The notes below the pieces were generated by a model. That model worked only from the letters and a program-made list of their open reading frames with translations. It had not been told where the DNA came from and did not search any database. Made by a program: the position numbers and the translations under genes. This document shows positions 1-8,967 of a stretch of DNA of 32,000 bases, piece after piece; the stretch's first letter is position 1, and every line of letters begins with the position of its first letter. Source of the DNA: Ktedonobacterales bacterium. Lineage in GTDB: Bacteria > Chloroflexota > Ktedonobacteria > Ktedonobacterales > JADMIN01. The stretch lies in NCBI GenBank assembly GCA_030167145.1, contig CP126532.1, forward strand, positions 810,001 through 842,000. Reading direction: 5' to 3'.

Positions 1-1137
1 GTGGTCAATGCTTGGCCCGAAGGTGGCGAGCAACTGGGCCGAGCGTGTCGCGCGGGAGACTCCAAGCTGGACGGCGTTCTCGAAATCTGCCGCATTCACG
101 CCGCCGGAACACGAGCAGGTGAGGAGCAGCCCATTTGGCGCGACAGTACGCGCAGCATGGGCGTTGAGCGTTTCGTAGCCACGCAGCGCGCGATCTTTCA
201 TGCTCAGATTTTTGGCAAACGCGGGTGGGTCTACGATGACGACATCGAATGCACGGCCTTCGTGAGCGCACTGCTGCAAGAAACGATTGACGTCACTGGC
301 GGTGAATTCGTGCGCGGCGGGATCATGGCTGTTCAGGGCATAGTTGCGGCGGGCGAGGTCTAGCGCGGCATCGGAGGAATCCACGTTCACGGTGTGGAGG
401 GCGGGATTGCGGGCAAGCGCGGCGAGTGCGAATCCGCCGGAATAGGAGAAGGTGTTGAGCAGGCTATGCGCGTGCAGCGCGGCATCGCCGATCAGCGCTC
501 GCTTATCGCGTTGGTCCAGAAAAAAGCCGGTCTTTTGGCCGTGCCAGGGGTCAACGAGATAATGCACATCATGCTCGATGATGGTGAGTGTTTCGGGGAC
601 GGTTCCGGCGGCGAGGGACGCGCCGCCAAGCGCCAGACCTTCGCGCGCTCGCGCTTTGATGTCGTCGCGGGCGAGAATGCCGTCGGGGCGCACCACCTGC
701 TCAAGAGCGGCGAGGATGTGAGGCCGGTCGCGGTCGGCGCCAGCGGTATGGAATTGCACGCTGAGCCAGCGGTCATAGCGATCTACGATCAGGCCGGGGA
801 GATAGTCCGCTTCGGCGTTGACGAGGCGATAGGCGTTGACCGAAGCGGGCAGAAGCGCGCGCAGAGCGAGGGCGCGCGCGATGCGGCGAGCGTAAAACGG
901 GGTGTCAATGGTCTCGTCGGGGTCGAGTGTGAGCACGCGGAAGGCGAGGCTGTTGCGGACGTTGACATGGCCACGGGCAATCCATTCACCGCTGCTGCTC
1001 ACGACATCCGCGACTGCGCCAGGGGGGATGTCCTGCGGGAGTTCACGAAAGGCGCCGGAGAAGACCCAGGGATGCCCGCGACGAATGGTATATTCGCGCC
1101 CTGAGCGCAGATGGAGGGTAGGGTGGGATTCTGTCAT
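1..1137 (-). CDS. Class I SAM-dependent rRNA (cytosine-C5) methyltransferase, RlmI/YwbD-like (PUA-like N-terminus plus MTase). The 3' end runs off the left edge.
   Basis: Manual minus-strand translation from ATG at 1137..1135: MTESHPTLHLRSGREYTIRRGHPWVFSGAF... The frame stays open to position 1. Motifs seen: GQKTGFFLDQR, FDVVIVDPPAF, LLLTCSCSGG (catalytic Cys region). It is not in the ORF track, probably because no stop codon lies in the window. It is codon-aligned antisense to the listed + ORFs 1..363 and 394..1104. Confidence 0.75.
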   Translation of the reverse strand, partial: MTESHPTLHLRSGREYTIRRGHPWVFSGAFRELPQDIPPGAVADVVSSSGEWIARGHVNVRNSLAFRVLTLDPDETIDTPFYARRIARALALRALLPASVNAYRLVNAEADYLPGLIVDRYDRWLSVQFHTAGADRDRPHILAALEQVVRPDGILARDDIKARAREGLALGGASLAAGTVPETLTIIEHDVHYLVDPWHGQKTGFFLDQRDKRALIGDAALHAHSLLNTFSYSGGFALAALARNPALHTVNVDSSDAALDLARRNYALNSHDPAAHEFTASDVNRFLQQCAHEGRAFDVVIVDPPAFAKNLSMKDRALRGYETLNAHAARTVAPNGLLLTCSCSGGVNAADFENAVQLGVSRATRSAQLLATFGPSIDH

Positions 1138-1190
1138 GGCGGACTGTAGCGCCTCTCTGTTCGCGGTTTGGTTCACGAGTGAAGATAGTA

Positions 1191-2051
1191 TCACTTCACG
1201 GCAGTCGCGGCTTTGAACGCCTGGGCTAGGATGTCGGGGCGGTCGCTCATCAGGCCGTCAACGCCCCAGCGCAGCAGACGATCCATGTCTGCGCGATTAT
1301 CCACCGTCCAGACGTGAACATCCAGGCCGAGCCGGTGGGCAGCGGCGAGCATCCGTGGGGAGACGATGCGCCTGCCGCGCCATAGCTCCGGCACCTGAAG
1401 CGCATCATAGGCGGGGCGCAGCCACCGAGCCGCGCCGAACCAGGTGGCTACAACGAAGTTGCGGATTTCTGTGGCGCTCGCCGAGGTTGCCACCTGGCCG
1501 CCGGAGAGCCTTCGAAAGCGCACGATTGGCTCATGCAGTTCGCCGCTGGCGACCAGCACACGCTCACGCGCGTCAAGTTCCTGGATGAGCGCCCAGAGGC
1601 GCTGCTCGCGCGGTGGGGTGCTCTCTTTCAGGTCAATGTTGATGCGCAGCACGGGGAAGGTCGTGAAGACTTCTCGCAGCGTGGGAATGCCGATGCCCTG
1701 GCCGCGGAATGGGTAGGTTTGCCCGCCGTCGGGGGTGAAGCGATAGCCCGCATCGAGGCGGCGCAGGTCATCGAGCGTGTAGTCCGCGACGGGGCCACTG
1801 CCATTGGTGGTGCGATCTACGGTCGTATCATGGATCACGACTAGCTCGCCTTCGCGGGTTGTCTGGATGTCGAGTTCGAGCGCGTCCGCGCCGAGTTCTA
1901 CTCCACGCGCGAAAGCAGTGAGCGTGTTTTCCGGCGCTAGCAGCGCGCCGCCGCGATGGGCAAAGAAGAGCGGGGCGGTGTGTGTGAGATATGGACGTCG
2001 CTTCTTTGCGCCTGTGCTACCAGTCACGTCGGCGCTCTGGTTGTCTGTCAT
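1191..2051 (-). CDS. Glycerophosphodiester phosphodiesterase (GDPD family)
   Basis: 286-aa ORF with GDPD hallmarks: FAHRGG..APENTLTAF, GADALELDIQTTREGELVVIHD, HVWTVD. Confidence 0.85.
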   Translation of the reverse strand: MTDNQSADVTGSTGAKKRRPYLTHTAPLFFAHRGGALLAPENTLTAFARGVELGADALELDIQTTREGELVVIHDTTVDRTTNGSGPVADYTLDDLRRLDAGYRFTPDGGQTYPFRGQGIGIPTLREVFTTFPVLRINIDLKESTPPREQRLWALIQELDARERVLVASGELHEPIVRFRRLSGGQVATSASATEIRNFVVATWFGAARWLRPAYDALQVPELWRGRRIVSPRMLAAAHRLGLDVHVWTVDNRADMDRLLRWGVDGLMSDRPDILAQAFKAATAVK

Positions 2052-2346
2052 GCACGCCCCTCCCGATTGCGATCAGTGTTCCTGGCTTGCCTATCACTGT
2101 ATCGGCATTTTCATCGAGAGCGCAACTGGCAGCGCTGTATGCCGTGCGAGGCGCGGCCTGAGTCGTCGGCGGCATGATGTCGTGTCAACAAAGCAGGGGC
2201 CGGATAGTGCGGCCTAGAATTTGCGGTATATCCCTTAGGTGCATTCACTGCTTGGATGTCATCTGGGAAAAGATGGCTGGTCTTCAAGAGCGACAGTCGC
2301 TGATTTTCGCGCATCGCTACCGGCTATCGGACGAAAGGAAACTGGT

Positions 2347-3540
2347 ATGCGAATTGCTCAGATCGTGCCGTTGCACATCCCTGTGCCGCCGCTAAAGTAT
2401 GGTGGAACGGAGCGAGTGGTGGCGAATCTGATTGCGGGGCTGATCGAGTTAGGACATGATGTCACACTCTTTGCGACTGGCGATTCGGAGACACGCGCAC
2501 GCCTTGTACCGATGTGGGATCGGCATATCTTCTTTGATCCTACGATAGACGCTGCCGCAGTGCATATGGGCATGTTGAGTGAGATTTACAATGATTGGGC
2601 GAATGAATTCGACGTTATTCACTCGCATCTGGACTACATGACGCTGCGGTTCATTGACCTGACGAGCGTGCCAACAGTGCTGACGCTGCACGGGCGTCTG
2701 GACAGCCCGGAGTTTCAGAAAGTGTTCGCCTATCACCGGCACGCCAATTATATTTCGATCAGCGATAATCAGCGTCGCGATATGCCTGATCTGAACTGGA
2801 TGCAGACGGTGTATCACGGCATAGATGTGCAGAGCTTCCCGTTTGTGGCTGAGCGCGGGGACTATTTGGCTTTCGTTGGGCGCATGTCGCATGAAAAGCG
2901 GCCCGATCTGGCGATTGAGGTGGCGATTCGGGCTGGCATTCCGCTGAAGATTGCCGCCAAGGTGGACCATAAGGAACAACCCTACTTCGAGGAACGGATT
3001 GAACCGCTACTCAAGCATCGGCTCATCACGTGGATGGGTGAGGTAGATGAGGAGGGGAAGAAAGACTTGCTGAGCCACGCGCTGGCATTGCTCATGCCGA
3101 TTGATTGGCCTGAGCCGTTCGGCATGGCATTCATCGAGTCGCTCGCTTGTGGGACGCCTGTGATTACGCGTAATTGTGGCTCTGTACCTGAATTGCTGAA
3201 AGATGGTGTGACGGGCTATGTTGCGGATACGGCGGATGAACTGGTGGAGGCGGTACAGAAAGTGAAACGCATTTCGCGCTATACCTGCCGCCGGTATGCC
3301 GAACAGCGATTTGACAAGTTGCGCATGGCGAAGGACTATATGCGAGTATATGACCAGGTGCAGCCGGTGCGGTCGCCCATCCGCGGACGGGTGCGCGCAA
3401 TGTACGCGCTGGGCACACGAGCCGCGTTGACGGATACGGCAGTAACGTCCGTCACAGCGGATACGGCTGATACATCGCTGTCGGTTCTTGCCGCTGATGT
3501 CGTTGCAGGTGAACCAATGGAGAGCGCGGTAGTGCCGTGA
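2347..3540 (+). CDS. GT4-family (GT-B fold) glycosyltransferase with a ~70-aa low-complexity C-terminal tail
   Basis: I trimmed ORF 2239..3540 to ATG 2347, which is preceded by aaagga. N-terminus MRIAQIVPLHIPVPPLKYGGTERVV. C-terminal half contains EPFGMAFIESLACGTPVI, the typical GT4 E-x7-E region. Its stop TGA overlaps the next start. Confidence 0.85.
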   Translation: MRIAQIVPLHIPVPPLKYGGTERVVANLIAGLIELGHDVTLFATGDSETRARLVPMWDRHIFFDPTIDAAAVHMGMLSEIYNDWANEFDVIHSHLDYMTLRFIDLTSVPTVLTLHGRLDSPEFQKVFAYHRHANYISISDNQRRDMPDLNWMQTVYHGIDVQSFPFVAERGDYLAFVGRMSHEKRPDLAIEVAIRAGIPLKIAAKVDHKEQPYFEERIEPLLKHRLITWMGEVDEEGKKDLLSHALALLMPIDWPEPFGMAFIESLACGTPVITRNCGSVPELLKDGVTGYVADTADELVEAVQKVKRISRYTCRRYAEQRFDKLRMAKDYMRVYDQVQPVRSPIRGRVRAMYALGTRAALTDTAVTSVTADTADTSLSVLAADVVAGEPMESAVVP

Positions 3541-5714
3541 CGCAAATGCCACCAATGGACCCGTCTCAGTCACACGCGGGCGAAATTGCCGACCTTTATG
3601 TGCTGCAAGGGTCGGCGAGTACGAGCGTCGAAAAAATCACGTTGAAGCATGGGGATGCCTTCCTGGTCGCCGATGCGCGAGGTGACCTGCCAGAATCTGA
3701 GCAGGAGACCGGGCTGTTCTGGCATGGTACACGCTTCCTGCGGACCTGCGACATCTTTCTGACGGGCCAGCCGCTGATACCTCTCTCAAATTCGATTTCC
3801 GACGAAGAGGGAACGTGTCAGATTGACCTGACGAATCCTTTTCTGCGCATCGGCCGGGAAGTGGTGTATCAGGGCACCATCCATGTACGGCGCTTGTTGG
3901 CCTTGAAAGGACGCACACTGACCCAGCGAGTGATCCTGACGAACTTTCACGAAGAGTCGCTGCACGTGAAGATGGGTCTCAAACTCGGGGCTGATTTCCG
4001 CGACCTCTTCGAGGTGCGTGGGATCGAGCGAGAGCAGCGTGGTGAGGTACAGCCGACGAAGATGGGGCGAGACAGCGCGACACTCAGCTATCTAGGGCTG
4101 GATGGCATCAGTCGCGAGACCACAATCACCTTCTTTCCCGAAGCAGAGCAGGCGGTGATGCAGGGCTTGTTCTGGGATCTCCATCTCGAACGCAACCAAC
4201 CAGTTGAGGTGCGCATCACCATCACGCTGTCGAGCCGAGGTGAGGCGCCGCTGGAGCTTGAGCGGTCTGGGATCGGACGCTATGTGCATTTGCCACGAGG
4301 TGAGGATTTCCCGATTGTCAGTTCCAATAACGTCTTCTTCAACCGCATGCTCACACGCGGCATGCATGATCTGGAGATGATGTGTGCGCTGACGCCTGAG
4401 GGGTTATATCCCTATGGGGGCATTCCGTGGTATGTTTGCCCGTTTGGCCGTGATGCGCTGATTACCAGCCTGGAGTTTATGCCCTGGTTTCCGCAGGTTG
4501 CGCGGGGCACACTGGCGTTTCTCGCGGCGCATCAGGGGACGAAAGTGGATACGTTCACCGAGGAGGAGCCTGGTCGTATCTTGCATGAATACCGCACGGG
4601 AGAGATGGCGAATTGCCGGGAGATCCCGTTCATCCCATACTATGGGACGGTTGACGCTACGCCGCTGTTCATCATCGCACTCGAACAGTATCTGCGCTGG
4701 AGCGGCGATCTCGACTTTGTGCGCACGCTGTGGCCACATGCGAAGGCAGCGGCGCGATGGATGCAGACGTATGGCGATCCAGATGGCGATGGATTTCTGG
4801 AGTATGCCAAGGTCTCGGAAACGGGTCTGGTGAGCCAGGGCTGGAAAGATTCCTGGGACGCGATATCGCATGCGGACGGCGAATTAGCGCGGCCGCCCGT
4901 TGCGCTCTGCGAGGTGCAGGGCTATGCGTATGCGGCGAATCTCGCGATGAGCTATATGGCGGCGCGGATGCAGCAGCATGACGAAGCGAACCAGTGGGCG
5001 CGCGCCGCGAAGGAGCTACGTGAGCGTTTCATGAAAGCGTTCTGGTGGCCGGAAGAAGACTGCTTCTATCTTGCGCTCGACGGAGAGAAACGTCCGTGTC
5101 AGGTGGTCAGCTCAAATGCTGGTCAATGCCTGTGGAGTGGCATCGTGCCCGAAGAGGTCGCGGGCGGTGTGATTGCGCGCTTGATGCGCCCTGACATCTA
5201 CACGGAATGGGGCGTGCGTACCCTGTCAACGCTGGCGGCGCGCTATAACCCGATGAGTTATCATAACGGATCGGTCTGGCCACATGATACGGCGATGGTC
5301 GGCGCGGGATTCGCCCGGTATGGGCGAAAGTATGAGGCGGGCGAATTGCTGGGGCATTTGTTTGGTGTGAGCCTTTACTACGGTGGGTCACGGCTGCCTG
5401 AGTTGTTCTGCGGCTTTTCACGTGTCTTTGGGTATGGCCCCACGCGCTATCCGGTGGCGTGTTCGCCGCAGTCGTGGGCCGCTGGCGCGCCGTTCCTGTT
5501 GCTGAGCGCGGTGCTGGGGTTCGAGCCAGAGGCCGAGCGACACCAATTGACGCTGCGTGCGCCCGAATTGCCTGAATGGATGGATAATCTGGTGCTGGGG
5601 CATATGTGGCTGGGCGGTCAAGACTTGCACCTGCGGTTCGAGCGTTCCGCACATGGCACGAGTGTCATTCTGACGAGTGAGTCGGAGATTCAGGTGCGTG
5701 TGCTGCCCCATTGA
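3537..5714 (+). CDS. Glycogen-debranching-enzyme-like protein (GDE_N plus amylo-alpha-1,6-glucosidase/GDE_C six-hairpin domain)
   Basis: 725-aa ORF containing GGIPWYVCPFGRDALITSLE, GRILHEYRTGE, GFLEY...GLVSQGWKDSWD, YHNGSVWPHD. The GTG start at 3537 overlaps the upstream TGA (GTGA). ATG 3546 is an alternative start. Confidence 0.8.
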   Translation: MTQMPPMDPSQSHAGEIADLYVLQGSASTSVEKITLKHGDAFLVADARGDLPESEQETGLFWHGTRFLRTCDIFLTGQPLIPLSNSISDEEGTCQIDLTNPFLRIGREVVYQGTIHVRRLLALKGRTLTQRVILTNFHEESLHVKMGLKLGADFRDLFEVRGIEREQRGEVQPTKMGRDSATLSYLGLDGISRETTITFFPEAEQAVMQGLFWDLHLERNQPVEVRITITLSSRGEAPLELERSGIGRYVHLPRGEDFPIVSSNNVFFNRMLTRGMHDLEMMCALTPEGLYPYGGIPWYVCPFGRDALITSLEFMPWFPQVARGTLAFLAAHQGTKVDTFTEEEPGRILHEYRTGEMANCREIPFIPYYGTVDATPLFIIALEQYLRWSGDLDFVRTLWPHAKAAARWMQTYGDPDGDGFLEYAKVSETGLVSQGWKDSWDAISHADGELARPPVALCEVQGYAYAANLAMSYMAARMQQHDEANQWARAAKELRERFMKAFWWPEEDCFYLALDGEKRPCQVVSSNAGQCLWSGIVPEEVAGGVIARLMRPDIYTEWGVRTLSTLAARYNPMSYHNGSVWPHDTAMVGAGFARYGRKYEAGELLGHLFGVSLYYGGSRLPELFCGFSRVFGYGPTRYPVACSPQSWAAGAPFLLLSAVLGFEPEAERHQLTLRAPELPEWMDNLVLGHMWLGGQDLHLRFERSAHGTSVILTSESEIQVRVLPH

Positions 5715-5768
5715 GCCGAATAGTCCCTTTGCCATTGCATGCTTGTGCCCCCCAGAACTCCCTTCGTG

Positions 5769-5797
5769 TTGCCCCGCGTTACGCTCATGCGTATACT
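5769..5797 (+). promoter_or_regulatory. Candidate sigma-70-type promoter for the kinase gene
   Basis: TTGCCC (5769-5774), 17-nt spacer, TATACT (5792-5797), about 65 nt upstream of the start. AAGGGAG Shine-Dalgarno sits just before GTG 5863 / ATG 5869. Confidence 0.4.
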
Positions 5798-5862
5798 GCG
5801 GTGACGGGCAATCTATCGCATCTCGTATTGCGCGCCTGCGACCAGCATAAGAAGGGAGCGTC

Positions 5863-7236
5863 GTGGAGATGCAGTCGCCACAGCAGCGGGTCGCCGCGCC
5901 TGCTCCGCCAGCGGTATCTCAGCAGCCACCCGCGCTTGCGCCAGGGACGTTGCTGGTAGGGCGGTATCTGATCCATGGCCATATTGGTGGGGGAGGATTC
6001 GCGCATATATACGACGCGCAGGATACGGTGTTGGGGCATCGGCGCGCGATCAAGGAAGCGTTTTACCGCGACGCGCAGACACAACAGCAGTTTCAGCTTG
6101 AGGCTGAGTTTTTGCTGAACGCCCGCCATGCGAATCTCGTGCGCGGCTATGCCGTTTTCGCCGATGCGGGGCGATTCTATCTGGTGATGGACTACGTGGA
6201 TGGCCAGACGGTTGAGGAAATCGCGATTCAGCATATCCGGCAGACGGGACGACCACTCGGCGAAGCGCAGGTGCTCGACTGGATCATTCCCATCTGTGAC
6301 GCGCTCCATGAACTGCATCAGCAGCCGACGCCGATCATTCACCGGGATGTCAAGCCAGCAAACATCAAGATTACCCATCGCGGCGCACCGGTATTGATTG
6401 ATCTGGGGCTGGCGAAGCTTTATGCGCAGGGGCAACGGACGATTGGCGCGGCGTTGGCTTTCACGCCGGGCTATGCGCCACCAGAGCAGTATCAAGCATC
6501 GGGCGCGACCGACCAGCGAACGGATGTCTATGGGTTGGGAGCGACACTGTATTTCTTGCTCACGGGGTATCAGCCAGTGGAGGCGCCAGCGCGCATAAGC
6601 GCGCACGCGCTGCCCGCGCCCCGCACGTTGAATCCGGCGATTACTGTGGCAACTGAGGCCGTTGTATTAGAAGCGATGGCGCTGGATCCCAGGGCGCGTC
6701 AGCAGCGGGCGCTGATTCTCAAAGATGGGTTAGTTGCCGCGCGGGGTGCGCTGGATGCCCCAGCAGGGCAGGCGGTGATCGCTGGGCCAGGGAACCCAAA
6801 CACCTTTCCGGTAACGCCGACCCACGCGAACGGGGCGACGGCACTGGCAATGCCTGCACCGGCGATTCTACCGCCCCAGGGAGCGCCAGCACCTGGCCAT
6901 CAACCAGTGGCACGATTGGCAGATTGGGTGGGAGCGGTCTCGCGCGAGGTGCATGCGCGCACGGCAGCGCAGCCAGGAGAGGCGCAGACAACGCTGGCGA
7001 TCATGCTCTCGCTGGTAACGTTCTCGTTGAGCGCGCTGGCGGTCATCTGGGGCTGGATGCTGCTGTGGGTCGTGCCTGCGCTGGCATTGGCGGCCTTTGG
7101 TCTGCGCCGCCAGATGCACCAACCGCGCGAGCAACGGCTACGCGAGTTTTGGCTGCTGGCATGGGTGTCGGTATGCCTGAGTTGCGCGTGGCCGCTGCTC
7201 TGGCTAATCGTGTATTGGGCAGCGCACCGACCATGA
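5863..7236 (+). CDS. Ser/Thr protein kinase (Hanks type) with a Pro/Ala-rich linker and C-terminal transmembrane segments
   Basis: HRDVKPANIKI, IDLGLAK and TPGYAPPEQ motifs. C-terminal hydrophobic stretches: LAIMLSLVTFSLSALAVIWGWMLLWVVPALALAAFGL and FWLLAWVSVCLSCAWPLLWLIVYW. The start is either GTG 5863 or ATG 5869. Confidence 0.9.
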   Translation: MEMQSPQQRVAAPAPPAVSQQPPALAPGTLLVGRYLIHGHIGGGGFAHIYDAQDTVLGHRRAIKEAFYRDAQTQQQFQLEAEFLLNARHANLVRGYAVFADAGRFYLVMDYVDGQTVEEIAIQHIRQTGRPLGEAQVLDWIIPICDALHELHQQPTPIIHRDVKPANIKITHRGAPVLIDLGLAKLYAQGQRTIGAALAFTPGYAPPEQYQASGATDQRTDVYGLGATLYFLLTGYQPVEAPARISAHALPAPRTLNPAITVATEAVVLEAMALDPRARQQRALILKDGLVAARGALDAPAGQAVIAGPGNPNTFPVTPTHANGATALAMPAPAILPPQGAPAPGHQPVARLADWVGAVSREVHARTAAQPGEAQTTLAIMLSLVTFSLSALAVIWGWMLLWVVPALALAAFGLRRQMHQPREQRLREFWLLAWVSVCLSCAWPLLWLIVYWAAHRP

Positions 7237-7240
7237 CGGT

Positions 7241-7264
7241 CTCGGACGATCTCGGACGATCTCG
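7241..7264. repeat. Short tandem repeat, 10-bp unit CTCGGACGAT x2.4
   Basis: ctcggacgat ctcggacgat ctcg lies directly after the kinase stop codon (7234-7236). Confidence 0.9.
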
Positions 7265-7270
7265 CGGGCA

Positions 7271-7357
7271 TTAAGCGCGCCTGCGCGCCTGCAGCAGCAC
7301 CCAAAACGCAGCCTCTACGTCACCGCTAGGTGATACAAGCGCGCACATCTCAGCCAT
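7271..7357 (-). CDS. Candidate small ORF (28 aa) with a canonical Shine-Dalgarno. Unverified.
   Basis: Minus strand reads GGAGGTGAGCAAA-ATG, then MAEMCALVSPSGDVEAAFWVLLQARRRA and TAA. It is too short for the ORF track. No homology is recognisable by eye. Confidence 0.2.
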   Translation of the reverse strand: MAEMCALVSPSGDVEAAFWVLLQARRRA

Positions 7358-7632
7358 TTTGCTCACCTCCCCAGCGGATGACTCAGGTACGATACGCGAA
7401 GCAATCTTGTGACGCGAAGGTCTGAAGCGAACCACGGCACTCGTTCTGCGAGTACATCCTACCGCGAGCTACAAGCGCAGCGCCGATCTGGCTACGTGCG
7501 TGGTGCGCGCGGCAGCATCCGGCATTGTCACGGCGTGCGATGGTTGGGAGCCGCAAACGCGGTGAGAATGTGGTATGCGGCGACGTATTGAAGATGGGAT
7601 GTGTTGCGCGCAACGGTGGGCGATGCTAGCTC

Positions 7633-7662
7633 TTGCACAAGGTGCGGACCCCCTGGTATACT
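7633..7662 (+). promoter_or_regulatory. Candidate sigma-70-type promoter of the BMP ABC-transporter operon
   Basis: TTGCAC (7633-7638), 18-nt spacer, TATACT (7657-7662). This would give a ~115-nt leader before ATG 7784. Confidence 0.45.
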
Positions 7663-7783
7663 CGCACTCATCACAAGCTTCGCAGAGAAGATTGCTGAGT
7701 ATCGCTTGCGCCGGAACTTCCGTCCCCTGTATCTGTGATGTGCCGACGCACGAGTCTGCCGATTGGGCAGAGGAGGAGTATTC

Positions 7784-8836
7784 ATGTCTCGTATGCGCAT
7801 GCGCTGGTGGGCAAGCGCCGCATTGCTCCTGATGTTAGTGCCAGCGCTAGCCGCCTGCGGCTCAACAAGTGGCGGTGGCACGTCGTCCGTGACCAAGAAA
7901 TATAAAGTGGGTCTTGTCACCGATACCGGTGGCCTGAATGATCAGGGCTTTAACCACCTGGCGTACGTTGGCTTGCAGAAGGCCAAGACCGATTTCGGCA
8001 TCCAGGCAGATGTGGTGGAGTCGAAGAGCGATGCCGACTATGTGCCGAATCTGACCACCTATGCGACCGGTGGGTACGATTTGGTGATCGCTGTTGGTTT
8101 CTTGATGCAGACTGCGGTGGGCAGCGTTGCGACGAGCTTCCCCAATATTCACTTTGCCATCATTGACGGCGCGGGCACCGATGCCAATGGCAATGATCTG
8201 CACCTGTCAAATGTCCAGTCGCTGCTCTTCAGGGAGCAGGATGCTGGCGCTCTGGTCGGCGTTATCGCGGGGGTGCTGGAGAAAGATGGCGCGTCGCCGA
8301 AGAAATCGGGCATCATCAGCGCCGTTGGCGGCGTAAGCATTCCGCCGGTGAACCACTACATCGCGGGCTACAAGTGGGCCGCGACGATGGAAGATCCGAA
8401 CATCAAGGTGCTGATCGGCTACTCCAACAAGTTCGACGACCCGACGCCGTGCCGCAACCTGGCAAACAGCCAGATTGACCAGGGCGCGGATATCGTCTTC
8501 CAGGTGGCTGGTGGCTGTGGTATCGGTGCGCTGACAGCGGCGGCCACGCGTGGAGTCTATGGTATCGGTGTGGATACCGACCAGAAGGCGGCTGCGTCAA
8601 CGGTTATCGCCAGCGCGCTGAAGCGGGTGGAAGTGGCGACTTACGACGCCATTCAAGCGGTTGTGCAGAACAAGTTCCAGGGCGGCGTCACCACCTTCAG
8701 CTTGCAGAACGATGGTGTCGGCTATGCGCCCGGCAATATTACCCTGCCAGCGGATGTGATGGCGGAGTTGACGAAGATCAGCGGCGAGATCAAGAGTGGC
8801 CAGTTGACGCCGCCCGCTGACATTCCCAACCCGTAG
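7784..8836 (+). CDS. BMP-family (Med/PnrA/TmpC-like) ABC transporter substrate-binding lipoprotein, probably nucleoside-binding
   Basis: I trimmed the ORF to ATG 7784, preceded by GGAGGAG. Signal peptide with lipobox: MSRMRMRWWASAALLLMLVPALAAC-GS. The body is typical of BMP proteins: KVGLVTDTGGLNDQGFN, GYDLVIAVGF, FAIIDG, VFQVAGGCGIGA. Confidence 0.85.
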   Translation: MSRMRMRWWASAALLLMLVPALAACGSTSGGGTSSVTKKYKVGLVTDTGGLNDQGFNHLAYVGLQKAKTDFGIQADVVESKSDADYVPNLTTYATGGYDLVIAVGFLMQTAVGSVATSFPNIHFAIIDGAGTDANGNDLHLSNVQSLLFREQDAGALVGVIAGVLEKDGASPKKSGIISAVGGVSIPPVNHYIAGYKWAATMEDPNIKVLIGYSNKFDDPTPCRNLANSQIDQGADIVFQVAGGCGIGALTAAATRGVYGIGVDTDQKAAASTVIASALKRVEVATYDAIQAVVQNKFQGGVTTFSLQNDGVGYAPGNITLPADVMAELTKISGEIKSGQLTPPADIPNP

Positions 8837-8888
8837 TCCGCTTGTTGACGAACAGGCGTATACCTGCATACTGTTGCTAATAGCATTG

Positions 8889-8913
8889 GGCGGGTGCCAT
8901 TGCGGCGCCCGCC
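8889..8913 (+). other. Intercistronic GC-rich hairpin between the binding-protein and permease genes
   Basis: GGCGGGTGCC-attgc-GGCGCCCGCC forms a 10-bp stem with one G-U pair, followed by TTCTCC. A promoter-like TTGACG-N16-CATACT lies just upstream at 8845-8872. Confidence 0.4.
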
Positions 8914-8967
8914 TTCTCCATATCACTGGTCAGCCTTCCACGCATTCCACCATGAGGGAGCACGCTT

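Noticed and set aside
394-1104. 236-aa + strand ORF (and 1..363 +) that could be taken as genes
   Set aside because: They are codon-aligned antisense to a minus-strand frame that translates into a coherent RlmI-like methyltransferase with clear motifs. The + strand products are Gly/Ala/Arg-rich with no recognisable motif. This is a typical shadow ORF in GC-rich DNA.
5785-6606. 273-aa minus-strand ORF
   Set aside because: It is antisense to the Ser/Thr kinase catalytic domain, which has canonical Hanks motifs.
7663-7783. Possible purine or 2'-dG riboswitch in the leader of the nucleoside-type ABC operon
   Set aside because: I could not find the conserved three-way-junction core sequences of purine riboswitches (the UAUA...GGAUAUGG...CUACC-type loops). 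Only short generic hairpins are present.
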